Below are positions 8,733 to 18,087 of a stretch of 64,000 bases of DNA, one piece after another. A program made the position numbers and the translations under genes. Positions within the stretch are counted from its first letter, which is position 1. The number at the start of each line of letters is the position of its first letter. This DNA is from Vulcanimicrobiota bacterium (lineage in GTDB: Bacteria; Vulcanimicrobiota; Vulcanimicrobiia; Vulcanimicrobiales; Vulcanimicrobiaceae), in the NCBI GenBank assembly GCA_963812155.1, contig CAWETW010000003.1, positions 352,001 through 416,000 of the forward strand. Reading direction: 5' to 3'. The notes under the pieces were generated by a model. The model was not told where the DNA came from. It saw only the letters and a program-made list of their open reading frames with translations, and searched no databases.

Positions 8733-9839
8733 TTAGCTCGGCCGCGTACGCGCGGCACGCGGAGAGCGCCGGCGCCGCGCGGGTTTCGCCGGCGACGCTT
8801 CGTTGGAAGCCGCAAGCAGCGCCTCGAGCACAGCAGTTTCATCCGCGTTCGAGCGGCTTGCGGCGCTCGCCAGTTCGAAACGGCCGTCGCGAACGAAGCG
8901 TTCGAATAGCGCAGGATGGATGTAGGACGAGCGGCAGACCGAGGGCGTGTTTCGCAGGCGCTTGGCGACGATGCGGCAGGCTTCCGCGACGGCGCCCTTG
9001 CGCTCGGCCGGAGACTCGGCGGGGTTACCGGCGAGCCATTGCGCGCACGTCGTGGTGGCAAGCCAGGTGCGGAAATCCTTTGCCGAATAATCGGCATTCG
9101 AAATCGCGCGGATGTAATCGTTGACGGCCGCCGAATCGATCGCCGCGACGCCGCCTTGTTCGTCGACGTAGCCGAACAGATGCTGGCCGGGCAAGTCCAA
9201 ACACTGCGCGACGATGCGCGCGATCCGCCGGTCGTGGAGATCGACCCGGTGCGGGATGCCGCTCTTACCTTTGAATTGAAATCGCAGGTCGGCGCCGCGA
9301 ACGCGCACGTGACCGTTGGTGAGCGTCGTCAGGCCGTAAGAATCGTTGGCGCGCGCGTACTCCTCGTTGCCGACCCGAATCAGCGTCGTCTCGAGCAGCG
9401 TCACGACCGCCGCGAGTACTTTTTCCTTGGGCATGCCCGGAAGCGCTAAGTCCTTGGCAACGCAATCGCGAATCGCCGGCAGCGCGGCTGCGAAGTCGAG
9501 CAAATGGGCAAACTTCGACGCGTCGCGCGTCTCGCGCCAGCGGGCGTGGTAGCGGTATTGTTTGCGTCCGCGCGCGTCCCGGCCCGTCGCTTGGATGTGT
9601 CCGTTGGGTTGGGGACAGATCCAGACCGATTCGTACGCCGGGGGAATCGCGAGTTTGGCGATGCGATCGCGCGTTGCGGCGTCGCGTACCGGCGTACCGT
9701 CGGGCCACACGTAGCGAAACTTTCCGCGACTGCGAAGGCGGCGTATCCCCGGCCCGTCGTCGGAAACGTACCGTAGACGCGCCTCGCGCGCGTCGCGTTC
9801 GGCCGGGGTGAGTTCCGTCGACGTGCCGGGCGCGCTCAT
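8733..9839 (-). CDS. DNA topoisomerase IB (poxvirus-like bacterial type)
   Basis: LAIPPAYESVWIC, GRDARGRKQYRYH, IRVGNEEY, FKGKSG, AKDFRTW, NTPSVCRSSYIHP. Confidence 0.95.
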   Translation of the reverse strand: MSAPGTSTELTPAERDAREARLRYVSDDGPGIRRLRSRGKFRYVWPDGTPVRDAATRDRIAKLAIPPAYESVWICPQPNGHIQATGRDARGRKQYRYHARWRETRDASKFAHLLDFAAALPAIRDCVAKDLALPGMPKEKVLAAVVTLLETTLIRVGNEEYARANDSYGLTTLTNGHVRVRGADLRFQFKGKSGIPHRVDLHDRRIARIVAQCLDLPGQHLFGYVDEQGGVAAIDSAAVNDYIRAISNADYSAKDFRTWLATTTCAQWLAGNPAESPAERKGAVAEACRIVAKRLRNTPSVCRSSYIHPALFERFVRDGRFELASAASRSNADETAVLEALLAASNEASPAKPARRRRSPRAARTRPS

Positions 9840-9851
9840 GGCGCACTCGTT

Positions 9852-9878
9852 CTTCCCATGCCTGCCTGCCGAGAAACC
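9852..9878 (-). promoter_or_regulatory. SigB/SigF-like promoter of the topoisomerase IB gene
   Basis: GGTTT(9878-9874)-16nt-GGGAAG(9857-9852). Confidence 0.5.
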
Positions 9879-10011
9879 CGAAGCCGCTAAGGACCCGCTA
9901 CGCGTTACCCATCCCGGCGCTGGGTAGAAACGTGCGATGAGTCAGGCGCAAACGCTTTCCGGTCGCCCCGGATGCAATCGCCTAGCGGCGCTCTAGCGCA
10001 CGGCGAATCGA

Positions 10012-10632
10012 GTGCCGTACGAAACCGCAGCCGCCTATCTTCCGCGCACCACGTCGCTGCGGAGTTTGAAACGCGCGGCGGCGGGTTGCCGCGGCTGCGA
10101 CTTGTACGAGCACGCGACGCAAACCGTGTTCGGCGAAGGTTCGCGCGGTGCGCGGATCGTGCTGGTCGGCGAACAGCCGGGCGACCGCGAAGACATCGAA
10201 GGCGAGCCGTTCGTCGGACCGGCCGGCGCGATGCTGCAATCGGCGATCGAAGAAGCCGGCATCGATCGTTCCGGCGTGTACGTTACCAACGCCGTCAAGC
10301 ACTTTCGCTTCGTCGTGCGGGGGAAACGGCGCATCCACCAAAAGCCTCGCGCGATCGAGATCGACGCCTGCCGGCCCTGGCTCGATGCTGAAATTGCCGC
10401 CGTGGATCCGCGCACCATCGTCGCGATGGGCGCGACCGCCGCACGCAGCCTGCTCGGCCGTCCGGTGCGTATCGGCGACCGGCGTGGAAAGCCGCTGACC
10501 AGCGACGGCCGCACCATTTTCGTGACGATCCATCCGGCGAGCGTGCTGCGGCAGCCCGACCGCAACGCCCGGCGCGCCGCGTTCGCACGCCTCGTCGCCG
10601 ACCTTCGTGCGGCCGGCGAAACGGCGCGGTGA
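10012..10632 (+). CDS. udgX: UdgX family uracil-DNA binding protein (family 4 UDG-like)
   Basis: CRGCDL, VGEQPGDRED, TNAVKHF, KRRIHQKP loop, TIHPAS. Confidence 0.92.
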   Translation: MPYETAAAYLPRTTSLRSLKRAAAGCRGCDLYEHATQTVFGEGSRGARIVLVGEQPGDREDIEGEPFVGPAGAMLQSAIEEAGIDRSGVYVTNAVKHFRFVVRGKRRIHQKPRAIEIDACRPWLDAEIAAVDPRTIVAMGATAARSLLGRPVRIGDRRGKPLTSDGRTIFVTIHPASVLRQPDRNARRAAFARLVADLRAAGETAR

Positions 10633-10656
10633 ACGAGTACCCGAGGCCTGGGCCGG

Positions 10657-10950
10657 TCAGCCTTTCTCGCCGTCCTCTTCTATCGGTTCGACCTCGCCGC
10701 GGACGCTCAAACCCAACGAACGATGATGTTCTTCATTTCTCGCCAGTGCATCGGCGATGTCGTCGCGTATGCCGTGCTCGCTGCGCAGCCGCCGCAAGAC
10801 TTCTAGGCTCGCGCGCAAGGCGTTTGCGTGGCCCTCGAGTACGGCGCCCGGCACGTCGGGTGCGTCCACCGGGCGGCTCAACCACGCCTCCATGGCAGCG
10901 TGCGCGGCCTCTCCCTGCCGTACCGCCTGGTTTAGTTCGTCGCGATACAC
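10657..10950 (-). CDS. Hypothetical protein
   Basis: 97-aa helical ORF filling the gap; no recognisable motif. Confidence 0.45.
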   Translation of the reverse strand: MYRDELNQAVRQGEAAHAAMEAWLSRPVDAPDVPGAVLEGHANALRASLEVLRRLRSEHGIRDDIADALARNEEHHRSLGLSVRGEVEPIEEDGEKG

Positions 10951-11036
10951 GTGGCTGGCAGCAGCCCTGGGGAAACTTGTCTCACGGCGGTCCTCACGGG
11001 CGACTTTTACGACGATATCGAGCGGGGTCCCGTCGC

Positions 11037-11063
11037 CGATTCAGCGGCGCCGCGCCCGGGTAC
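11037..11063 (+). promoter_or_regulatory. SigB/SigF-like promoter of the hemerythrin gene
   Basis: CGATT-16nt-GGGTAC, 12 nt before ATG 11076. Confidence 0.45.
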
Positions 11064-11075
11064 ACCGAGTAGGCG

Positions 11076-11594
11076 ATGAACCCAGCCGCCGGAGAACTCG
11101 CCTCCGCAACCGGTGATGCGTTCGCCACGTTGCGCAGCGACCACGAAGTCGTCAAGAATCTGTTGGCGGAGCTCGTCCAGCCCGGCGATCGAACGCTGCG
11201 CCGTACGATGCTCAACCGGCTCAAGACGGCGCTCGCCATTCACAATGCGACCGAGGAGAGCCTGATCTATCCTGCGACGCGCGTGCTCGCGGGGCGTAAA
11301 GACCGTGCCGAGCGGCTCTATCGCGAGACGGCCGAGGCCGACGTGCTGCTGTTCGAGATCGACCTGCTGCGTGAAGATGACGACGTGCCCGATTTCGACG
11401 AGAAGGTCGCAAAACTGCGCGACGCGATCGTCGCCCACATCGACGAAGAAGAGACGACGATTTTTCCCGACCTGCTCGACCGGCTTGGAGCCGACGGCTG
11501 CAAGCGGCTCGCGCAATCGATGCGGGAGTTCCGGGGCGCCTTTGAACCGCATCCCTCGCAATCCAAAATCCGGGAAGTCGAGGGACTGGGCTAA
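11076..11594 (+). CDS. Hemerythrin-like (HHE) domain protein
   Basis: LRSDHEVV, HNATEESLIYP, HIDEEETTIFP. Confidence 0.85.
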   Translation: MNPAAGELASATGDAFATLRSDHEVVKNLLAELVQPGDRTLRRTMLNRLKTALAIHNATEESLIYPATRVLAGRKDRAERLYRETAEADVLLFEIDLLREDDDVPDFDEKVAKLRDAIVAHIDEEETTIFPDLLDRLGADGCKRLAQSMREFRGAFEPHPSQSKIREVEGLG

Positions 11595-11621
11595 TTCCCG
11601 TCGCGCCGCGAAGCGCGAAGC

Positions 11622-12104
11622 GTGCTGCGGTATCTGGTCTTAGCGGCGATTATCGTCTTCGCGATCGCGATCGCCGTCGCCGGATGGGTGAATCGGGATG
11701 CGATTCGCATCAGAATCGCCTCGGTTTACGTTCGCGTGAGTCCGAAACCGCAAGCCTCAAACGTACCGGGCCCGGGGTCGTCGAAGGGACTGGGCGGCGA
11801 CGCGCCCTGGGCGCTCTCGGCGCTGCCCGAATGTCTCGTGCAAACGTCTGAAACCACCGGTCCCCTCGCATACGTCTTGCAGCATCTCCCGGACGGCGCG
11901 GCGCCGGTCGCTCAGCCGGCGACGCTTCGCTACGGCGATTGCACGATCGAACTCGCCGGCGGCGCGGCCGTCGTCAGGCGAGGAGAGGATCGCTTTCGAA
12001 TTCCGCCGCACGTGCGGCTTTACCGAGGCCCGGGCGTGCTTGCGCTGCTGCGCACCGCGTCGAACGGAAACGAACTGCGCGTGTACGAACCAACGACACC
12101 ATAG
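11622..12104 (+). CDS. Membrane-anchored hypothetical protein
   Basis: N-terminal TM helix; GDAPWALSALPEC; directly upstream of prfC. Confidence 0.7.
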   Translation: MLRYLVLAAIIVFAIAIAVAGWVNRDAIRIRIASVYVRVSPKPQASNVPGPGSSKGLGGDAPWALSALPECLVQTSETTGPLAYVLQHLPDGAAPVAQPATLRYGDCTIELAGGAAVVRRGEDRFRIPPHVRLYRGPGVLALLRTASNGNELRVYEPTTP

Positions 12105-12111
12105 GAAAAAC

Positions 12112-13707
12112 GTGACGATAGACGACGAAGTCCGCCATCGCCGAACGTTCGCGATCATCTCGCACCCGGACGCCGGCAAGACGACGTTAACCGAGAAGCT
12201 GCTGCTTTACGGCGGAGCGATTCACGTCGCGGGACAGGTCTCGGCGCGCAAGCGGCAGCGTCAGGCAACCAGCGACTGGATGGCACTCGAGCGCGAGCGC
12301 GGAATTTCGATCACCTCGACCGTGCTGCAGTTTCCGTACGGCGGGCACACGATCAACCTGCTGGACACTCCCGGACACCAAGACTTCGGCGAAGATACGT
12401 ATCGCACGCTGCTGGCCGCCGACAGCGCGGTCATGCTTATCGACGCGGCCAAGGGCGTGGAGCCGCAGACGAAAAAGCTCTTCGCGATCTGCCGCGAACG
12501 CGGCATTCCGCTCTTTACGTTCATGAACAAGCTCGATCGGCCCAGCCGCGACCCGCTCGAGCTGCTCGACGAACTCGAATCGGTGTTGGGAATCGGCGCG
12601 TATCCGATGAACTGGCCGCTCGGAAGCGGCGACGAGTTTCGCGGCATCTACGACCGGCGCACGCGCGAACTCCATCTCTTCGAGCGTTCCGCACACGGAA
12701 CGACGCGCGCCGCCGCGACGACGACGGTCGCGGGCGACGACCGTTTGCGTTCGCTCGTCGGCGAAGCGGAGTACGCGCGCTTTCGCGAAGGAATCGAGCT
12801 GCTCGACGGCGCCGGCGAATCGTTCGACCGCGACGCGATGCTCGCGGGAACGACCACGCCGGTCTTCTTCGGAAGCGCGGTGACGAACTTCGGCGTGCAG
12901 CTCTTTCTCGATGCGTTCGTCGAGATGGCGCCGCCGCCGGCGGCGCGCGCCGGAATTCCGCCGGAACATCCGGAGTTCAGCGCGTTCGTTTTCAAGATCC
13001 AAGCCAACATGGACCCGCGCCATCGCGACCGCATCGCCTTCGTGCGCGTCTGCTCGGGCCGGTTCGAGCGCGACATGACGGTTCGTAACGGCCGAACGGG
13101 CAAAGAAGTGCGTTTGTCACGCGCGATGCGGCTGTTTGCCGACGAACGGGAGTCGCTCGACGCGGCCTACGCCGGCGACGTCGTCGGCTTGGCCAACCCC
13201 GGCGTGTTCGCCATCGGCGACGCGCTCTACGACGGCGCGCCCGTCGAGTTCGCGCCGATTCCCGCCTTCGCCCCGGAACATTTTGCGAGCGTCCGGAGTA
13301 TCGATGCTTCGGGTCACAAATCGTTCGCGAAAGGCATCGCGCAGTTGCGCGAGGAGGGAGCGGTGCAGGTGTTCTATCCGCTGGGATCGATGCGCACGGA
13401 GCCGATCGTCGGCGTGGTCGGCGAGCTCCAGTTCGAGGTGGCGAAATATCGCTTGGAAAGCGAGTATAACGTCAAGACCGTTTTCACGACGCTCCCGCTC
13501 GCGCTCGCGCGGCACGTTGAAGGCGAACGAAGCCGCTTGCTTTCCGCGCAGTTTCCCTCCAACGCCAAACTCGTGGAAGATTGGGACGGGCGTCCGGCGG
13601 CGCTCTTCGAAAGCGAGTGGAGCATGCGTCTCGCCAAGGAATGGAATCCCGATCTGACGTTCGTTCGCTTCTCTGCCGACACGCTGAAGGAGACCGTCGC
13701 ACCGTGA
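12112..13707 (+). CDS. prfC: Peptide chain release factor 3
   Basis: RRTFAIISHPDAGKTTLTEKLLL, DTPGHQDF, NKLD, FKIQANMDPRHRDRIAF. Confidence 0.97.
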   Translation: MTIDDEVRHRRTFAIISHPDAGKTTLTEKLLLYGGAIHVAGQVSARKRQRQATSDWMALERERGISITSTVLQFPYGGHTINLLDTPGHQDFGEDTYRTLLAADSAVMLIDAAKGVEPQTKKLFAICRERGIPLFTFMNKLDRPSRDPLELLDELESVLGIGAYPMNWPLGSGDEFRGIYDRRTRELHLFERSAHGTTRAAATTTVAGDDRLRSLVGEAEYARFREGIELLDGAGESFDRDAMLAGTTTPVFFGSAVTNFGVQLFLDAFVEMAPPPAARAGIPPEHPEFSAFVFKIQANMDPRHRDRIAFVRVCSGRFERDMTVRNGRTGKEVRLSRAMRLFADERESLDAAYAGDVVGLANPGVFAIGDALYDGAPVEFAPIPAFAPEHFASVRSIDASGHKSFAKGIAQLREEGAVQVFYPLGSMRTEPIVGVVGELQFEVAKYRLESEYNVKTVFTTLPLALARHVEGERSRLLSAQFPSNAKLVEDWDGRPAALFESEWSMRLAKEWNPDLTFVRFSADTLKETVAP

Positions 13708-14078
13708 TACGCCCCCGTACGTTGGCCGTTCTCGCCGCCGCCGTTCTCGCGGCGTGCTCGTTTCAAAACAAATACGAACGCGAAACCGGAGACATCACGA
13801 AAGCCGTGATGAACAATAACCTGCAGCCGGTTTCCGGCGACATCGCTCCCGGCGTCAACATTCCTCGCGTCAAGGTCGCGGAGTGGTCGGACGAACTGAA
13901 CGCGCAAGGCAAACTGCTCTCGATAAAAGAGACGCCCGACAAATGCGAGCCCGGGTGGCACTGCTTTGAGGCGAAGTTCGAAAAGCGCGTCTACGTCGAG
14001 CGCATGCGGCTCGACGAAAACGGCAAGGTCGTCAACTGGAACTTCAAAATGGCGCCGGTCGCGGCCACGGCGACGTGA
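13704..14078 (+). CDS. Lipoprotein, unknown function
   Basis: Lipobox LAAC; GTG overlaps the prfC stop. Confidence 0.75.
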   Translation: MIRPRTLAVLAAAVLAACSFQNKYERETGDITKAVMNNNLQPVSGDIAPGVNIPRVKVAEWSDELNAQGKLLSIKETPDKCEPGWHCFEAKFEKRVYVERMRLDENGKVVNWNFKMAPVAATAT

Positions 14079-15085
14079 GCCGCCATCTCGGCGTTCTGGC
14101 GCTCGTCTTTGCCGTAGCCGGATGCGCGGGCGTGCAATCGCCGATCGCACCGCCTGGAACGCCGGCGAACCCCGCAACGGTTTCGGCGGCGAAGCGCGGT
14201 GCGTCCTGGATGGCGCCGCAAGCGCAGAAAGCTGCGAGTCTGCTCTACGTTTCCAATTGGGGCACGTCCGACGTTACCGTATATACCTACGCGAACGGCG
14301 GCGGACTGGTGCTGGTCGGAACGTTGACCGGCTTCTCGTTACCGGGTGGATTGTGCACCGACAGCACGGGCAACGTCTGGATTCCGGACACGAGCGGCAG
14401 AAGGGTGTTCGAATACGCGCACGGCGGGACGAAACCGATCCAAACGATCCAGCTGTCGACCGGCTATCCCTACGCATGCGCCGTCGATTCGGCGACCGGG
14501 AACATCGCGGTTTCGAGCGCGCATCCCAATGGAAAGTACCAAGCCTACAGCATCGTTGACGTCTTTTCGAAAGGCTCGAGGAGGCCGGCGCGGTATTCGA
14601 CCCTTCACGGGTTCAAGAACGTGTATTTCGTCGCGTACGACGACAAGAGTAATCTCTACGCCGACGCAACGCCGTGCGAATTTCGGGGCTGTTACTACCG
14701 GCAAGAAGGTCCACCGGGGTTTTACAAGCTGTCGAGCGGCGGATCCGACTTTAAGCGGCTGACGCTCGTTGGTGCCAAGCTCCACGAACCGGCGGCAATC
14801 GACTGGGTGAAGCCGACACTCCTGTTAGGCGATCGGGATTTTGAAGAACAAGGAACGTCGGGTGCCTATAAGGTCTTCGTCTCCGGCGCGAAGGCGACGG
14901 TCGTCGCTACGCTGCCCTTCGGCGGAACGCAGCAAGCCTACGGATTTTCGCGCCGGGCCACCCGGGTCATCGTGCCGGACTTCACCGGAAACGCCGTCAG
15001 GGTGTACGATCTTTCCGACGGGTCCCTCATTTCCACGCTCACGACCGAGATTTCGGAGCCCTTCGCAACGGTGGTAAGCCAGTAG
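14075..15085 (+). CDS. Beta-propeller (NHL-like) lipoprotein
   Basis: Lipobox VAGC; SWMAPQAQKAASLLYVSN, PGGLCTDSTGNVWI, EYAHGGTKPI, CAVDSATGNIAV. Confidence 0.8.
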   Translation: MSRHLGVLALVFAVAGCAGVQSPIAPPGTPANPATVSAAKRGASWMAPQAQKAASLLYVSNWGTSDVTVYTYANGGGLVLVGTLTGFSLPGGLCTDSTGNVWIPDTSGRRVFEYAHGGTKPIQTIQLSTGYPYACAVDSATGNIAVSSAHPNGKYQAYSIVDVFSKGSRRPARYSTLHGFKNVYFVAYDDKSNLYADATPCEFRGCYYRQEGPPGFYKLSSGGSDFKRLTLVGAKLHEPAAIDWVKPTLLLGDRDFEEQGTSGAYKVFVSGAKATVVATLPFGGTQQAYGFSRRATRVIVPDFTGNAVRVYDLSDGSLISTLTTEISEPFATVVSQ

Positions 15086-15088
15086 CGA

Positions 15089-16522
15089 TTAGTACGTATC
15101 CGCCGGCGTGTCGTCGGGATGCGTCAAAAAGTAGTGCGCGTCGTACTTTACGGCGACTTTCTTGTAGTGCAGCGGCTTCTGCGTGAAGTCGAACATGTCT
15201 TCGAACGCGTCGGCACGCTCGTCGGCATATTTTGTCGATGGCTTGCAATGCGGATGGCAGATCGGCGGCAAGCCGAACGTTTGCTCGATGAAGTGCAAGG
15301 TGCTGGCAATCTCGTGCTGACTGTGAGAGATGTATCCCGGTTTCGCGTACGGCGAGATGACGATCAAGGGAACGCGGAAGCCCAAGCCTTCGCGCGCATG
15401 GGTGTCCGGGTCGGCATATTGCGGCGGCTTCACGTGATCGAACCAGCCGCCCCAGTCGTCCCACATCACGATGATGGCCGAACTGTTCCAATACTTGCTT
15501 TGACCGACGGCATTGGCAATGCTGGCGACCCATGATGGGCCCTTGTCGCCGGACGCGGGGCCGGCGTGATCGGAGTTCTGGCCCGACGGCATGACCCACG
15601 AGACGTTTGACAGCGTTCCGTTCGAAATGTCGGTAAAGATTTGCAGATCCGGCGACTTGATGTTCTTCCAGTCCGGACCCTGATAGATTTGCTGGATCGC
15701 GGCAAAGCCGTTGAGATTTCCACCGGGGTTCTTTGCTTCGGCGTAGTAGGTCCACGTAATTCCCGCACCGTCGAGATTGTTCGCGATGGTCGGATAAGTG
15801 AAGCACGGGAACGGTCCCGGCACTTCGTAACCCGTCGCCTTTGAGAACACGGGCGGGTCGGCTTGCCCATATTTGAGGACCTCGACGTACGTCGAGGGAA
15901 TTTGGTTGTTGCAGCCCCACGGCTGCGAGCTTGGCACTTCGGATGCGTGACCGGATTGGCCCGCGATCAAATATTGGTGGGCGACGTAACTCGGGCCGCT
16001 GTTCGATGCGAATGCATCGTCACCCAGCGCATACTGCTGCGCGAGCGTCCAGTAACCTTGAACGTCGGACTGGTAGACGTAGGAATAAATGTCCTGTTTG
16101 ATCGCCGAATTGTTGGAGAAAACCCAGCACGCCGGGTGGTTGATGGGATCGGAGCAACCGGGTTTATGCTTTACGATGTAATGATCGAAACCATCGGTTT
16201 TACCTTGATCGTAGTCTTCCAGAAATTGAGAATGGTCGTGATTCGGATCGAACTGCGTAAATTTTAGATGGATCGGTTCGAGCGTGTAGGTCGTGCCGCC
16301 CTCACCCTTACTCGTGTCAACGCTGTTGGCTCCCGGAAAGCCGTGGAACAAATTGTCGAACGTCCGATTTTCCTGAACGACGATGATGATGTGCTTGATC
16401 GGCGTCGATCCGCCCGAATCGCGAACGAGGTACTGATTTTTAGCCGCAGGCGGGGTTTGACCGAACGAGCCGTTGCAGCCGGCCAGCATCGCTGCCATGA
16501 CGATAACGGATAATTTCCTCAC
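15089..16522 (-). CDS. Phosphoesterase/phospholipase C family lipoprotein (paralogue 1)
   Basis: LAGC lipobox; IKHIIIVVQENRTFDNLF, GPSY, SDHAG, WDDWGGWFDHV, GFRVPLIVISPYAK. Confidence 0.92.
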   Translation of the reverse strand: MRKLSVIVMAAMLAGCNGSFGQTPPAAKNQYLVRDSGGSTPIKHIIIVVQENRTFDNLFHGFPGANSVDTSKGEGGTTYTLEPIHLKFTQFDPNHDHSQFLEDYDQGKTDGFDHYIVKHKPGCSDPINHPACWVFSNNSAIKQDIYSYVYQSDVQGYWTLAQQYALGDDAFASNSGPSYVAHQYLIAGQSGHASEVPSSQPWGCNNQIPSTYVEVLKYGQADPPVFSKATGYEVPGPFPCFTYPTIANNLDGAGITWTYYAEAKNPGGNLNGFAAIQQIYQGPDWKNIKSPDLQIFTDISNGTLSNVSWVMPSGQNSDHAGPASGDKGPSWVASIANAVGQSKYWNSSAIIVMWDDWGGWFDHVKPPQYADPDTHAREGLGFRVPLIVISPYAKPGYISHSQHEIASTLHFIEQTFGLPPICHPHCKPSTKYADERADAFEDMFDFTQKPLHYKKVAVKYDAHYFLTHPDDTPADTY

Positions 16523-16556
16523 TGCGATTTCGTTCCTCAATTTCGTCGCTGCCGTA

Positions 16557-18035
16557 CTAATAGTCGATCTCGGGTCCGGCATTTTGCACCGACATGCATG
16601 CTTGGTAGTTCGCCGGCTCCGGAATCTTCACGAACTTCGTGGGCTGCTGCGAATAGTTGAACGCATCACCGTAGCCGTCGGCACGCTTGTCGTCGAGCCC
16701 GAGCGTCTTCCCCGGAGTAAAAATATCTTCAATGAAACGCAGTGCCGACGCCGTTTCGTACTGTGCATGCGATACGTAGTGCTGCTTGGCGTACGGTGAG
16801 ACGATGATCAGCGGGGTCCGATAGCCCAACCCCTCGTACGCCCCTGTTTTGAGATTCGGGTACTGCGGAGGCACGACGTGATCGAACCATCCGCCCCATT
16901 CGTCCCAGCTGATGATGATTGCGGTGCTGTTCCAATACGGACTCTTGCCGATGGCGTTCACGATCGCCGTCACCCACGCAGGCCCGCACGCTCCAGACTT
17001 TACGCCGCCGTGATCGGACGCGCCCTCGTGCGGCATCACCCAAGACACTTGCGCGAGATCGTTGTTGGCGATGTCGGTCAGCACTTTCGTGTCGGGCGTG
17101 ATGACCTTCGTCTCGTCCGGGCCGTAGCGCACGGCCTTGATCGAATCGAACGCATCCAACCAATCGGAGTCGTACGGATTGAAACCCGACGAATCGCGAC
17201 GCGAGTCCGAGGGCGGCGGGGTGGGCTGTTTATACCATTGCCAGGAAACGTTTGCGGCGTCCAACTTCTTCGCGATGCTGATGAAGCCGAAACACGGATT
17301 CGGCCCCTTGACGCTGTGCCCGAAGATCGCCGGAAACGCCGGCGGATTCGCTTGGCCGTACTGCAGGTAGTACTCCCAGGTCGTCTTCGGCGCGTCGCAG
17401 CCCCACGGCATATTGGATGGGACCTCGTCGGCGTGGGCGATCTGCCCGGCTACGAGCTCCAGATGCGCTCCATAACTCGGCCCGCTGTTCGAGGCAAAGT
17501 TGTCGTCGCCGAGTGTGTACCGCGACGCCATCGTCCAGTACGGCTGGATGTCCGATTTCTGTACGTAGCTGAAGATGAGTTTGGAGTACGATGATGGACG
17601 ATACGCCCAGCACTGCGGTTCGTTCACCCAGTTGTAGACCCACTTCTTGCATTGCCCAACCAGATTGTTACCGGTGACGATCAGGTCCCAGCCGTCGTTG
17701 TTGCCGCCGTCGTAGTCTTCGAGGAACTGGTAGTGCTCGTGGTTGGGATCGAGTTTATTCACAAGTGAGTGGGATTGCAAAACGTACTGCTTGCCGTGAC
17801 CGTAGCCGGACGTCGCCGTGTTGGCACCGGGAAACCCGTAGAACAGGTTATCGAAACTCCTGTTCTCTTGCATGATGACGACGACGTGCGTAATCGGCGA
17901 CGAACTCGCATGCCGGCGCTCGGAGGAATTCGTAAATGGATTCGGGACGAGACCGTGCGAGACGGGCGACGAGTTGCAAGCCGCGACGACCATCCCGGCT
18001 AGCACGAGGACGACAAAAACGGATACGCGCTTCAT
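16557..18035 (-). CDS. Phosphoesterase/phospholipase C family lipoprotein (paralogue 2)
   Basis: VAAC lipobox; [45 protein letters not shown]. Confidence 0.92.
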   Translation of the reverse strand: MKRVSVFVVLVLAGMVVAACNSSPVSHGLVPNPFTNSSERRHASSSPITHVVVIMQENRSFDNLFYGFPGANTATSGYGHGKQYVLQSHSLVNKLDPNHEHYQFLEDYDGGNNDGWDLIVTGNNLVGQCKKWVYNWVNEPQCWAYRPSSYSKLIFSYVQKSDIQPYWTMASRYTLGDDNFASNSGPSYGAHLELVAGQIAHADEVPSNMPWGCDAPKTTWEYYLQYGQANPPAFPAIFGHSVKGPNPCFGFISIAKKLDAANVSWQWYKQPTPPPSDSRRDSSGFNPYDSDWLDAFDSIKAVRYGPDETKVITPDTKVLTDIANNDLAQVSWVMPHEGASDHGGVKSGACGPAWVTAIVNAIGKSPYWNSTAIIISWDEWGGWFDHVVPPQYPNLKTGAYEGLGYRTPLIIVSPYAKQHYVSHAQYETASALRFIEDIFTPGKTLGLDDKRADGYGDAFNYSQQPTKFVKIPEPANYQACMSVQNAGPEIDY

Positions 18036-18087
18036 GATGCTTCGTTCGCGACCACTCCTCGCGAGTGCCTGTCGCGAGCGCCGAGCG

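Noticed and set aside
9937..10011. Stop-codon readthrough extension of UdgX (in-frame ATG 9937, TAG 9994)
   Set aside because: One-in-three chance of being in frame, and UdgX is complete from GTG 10012
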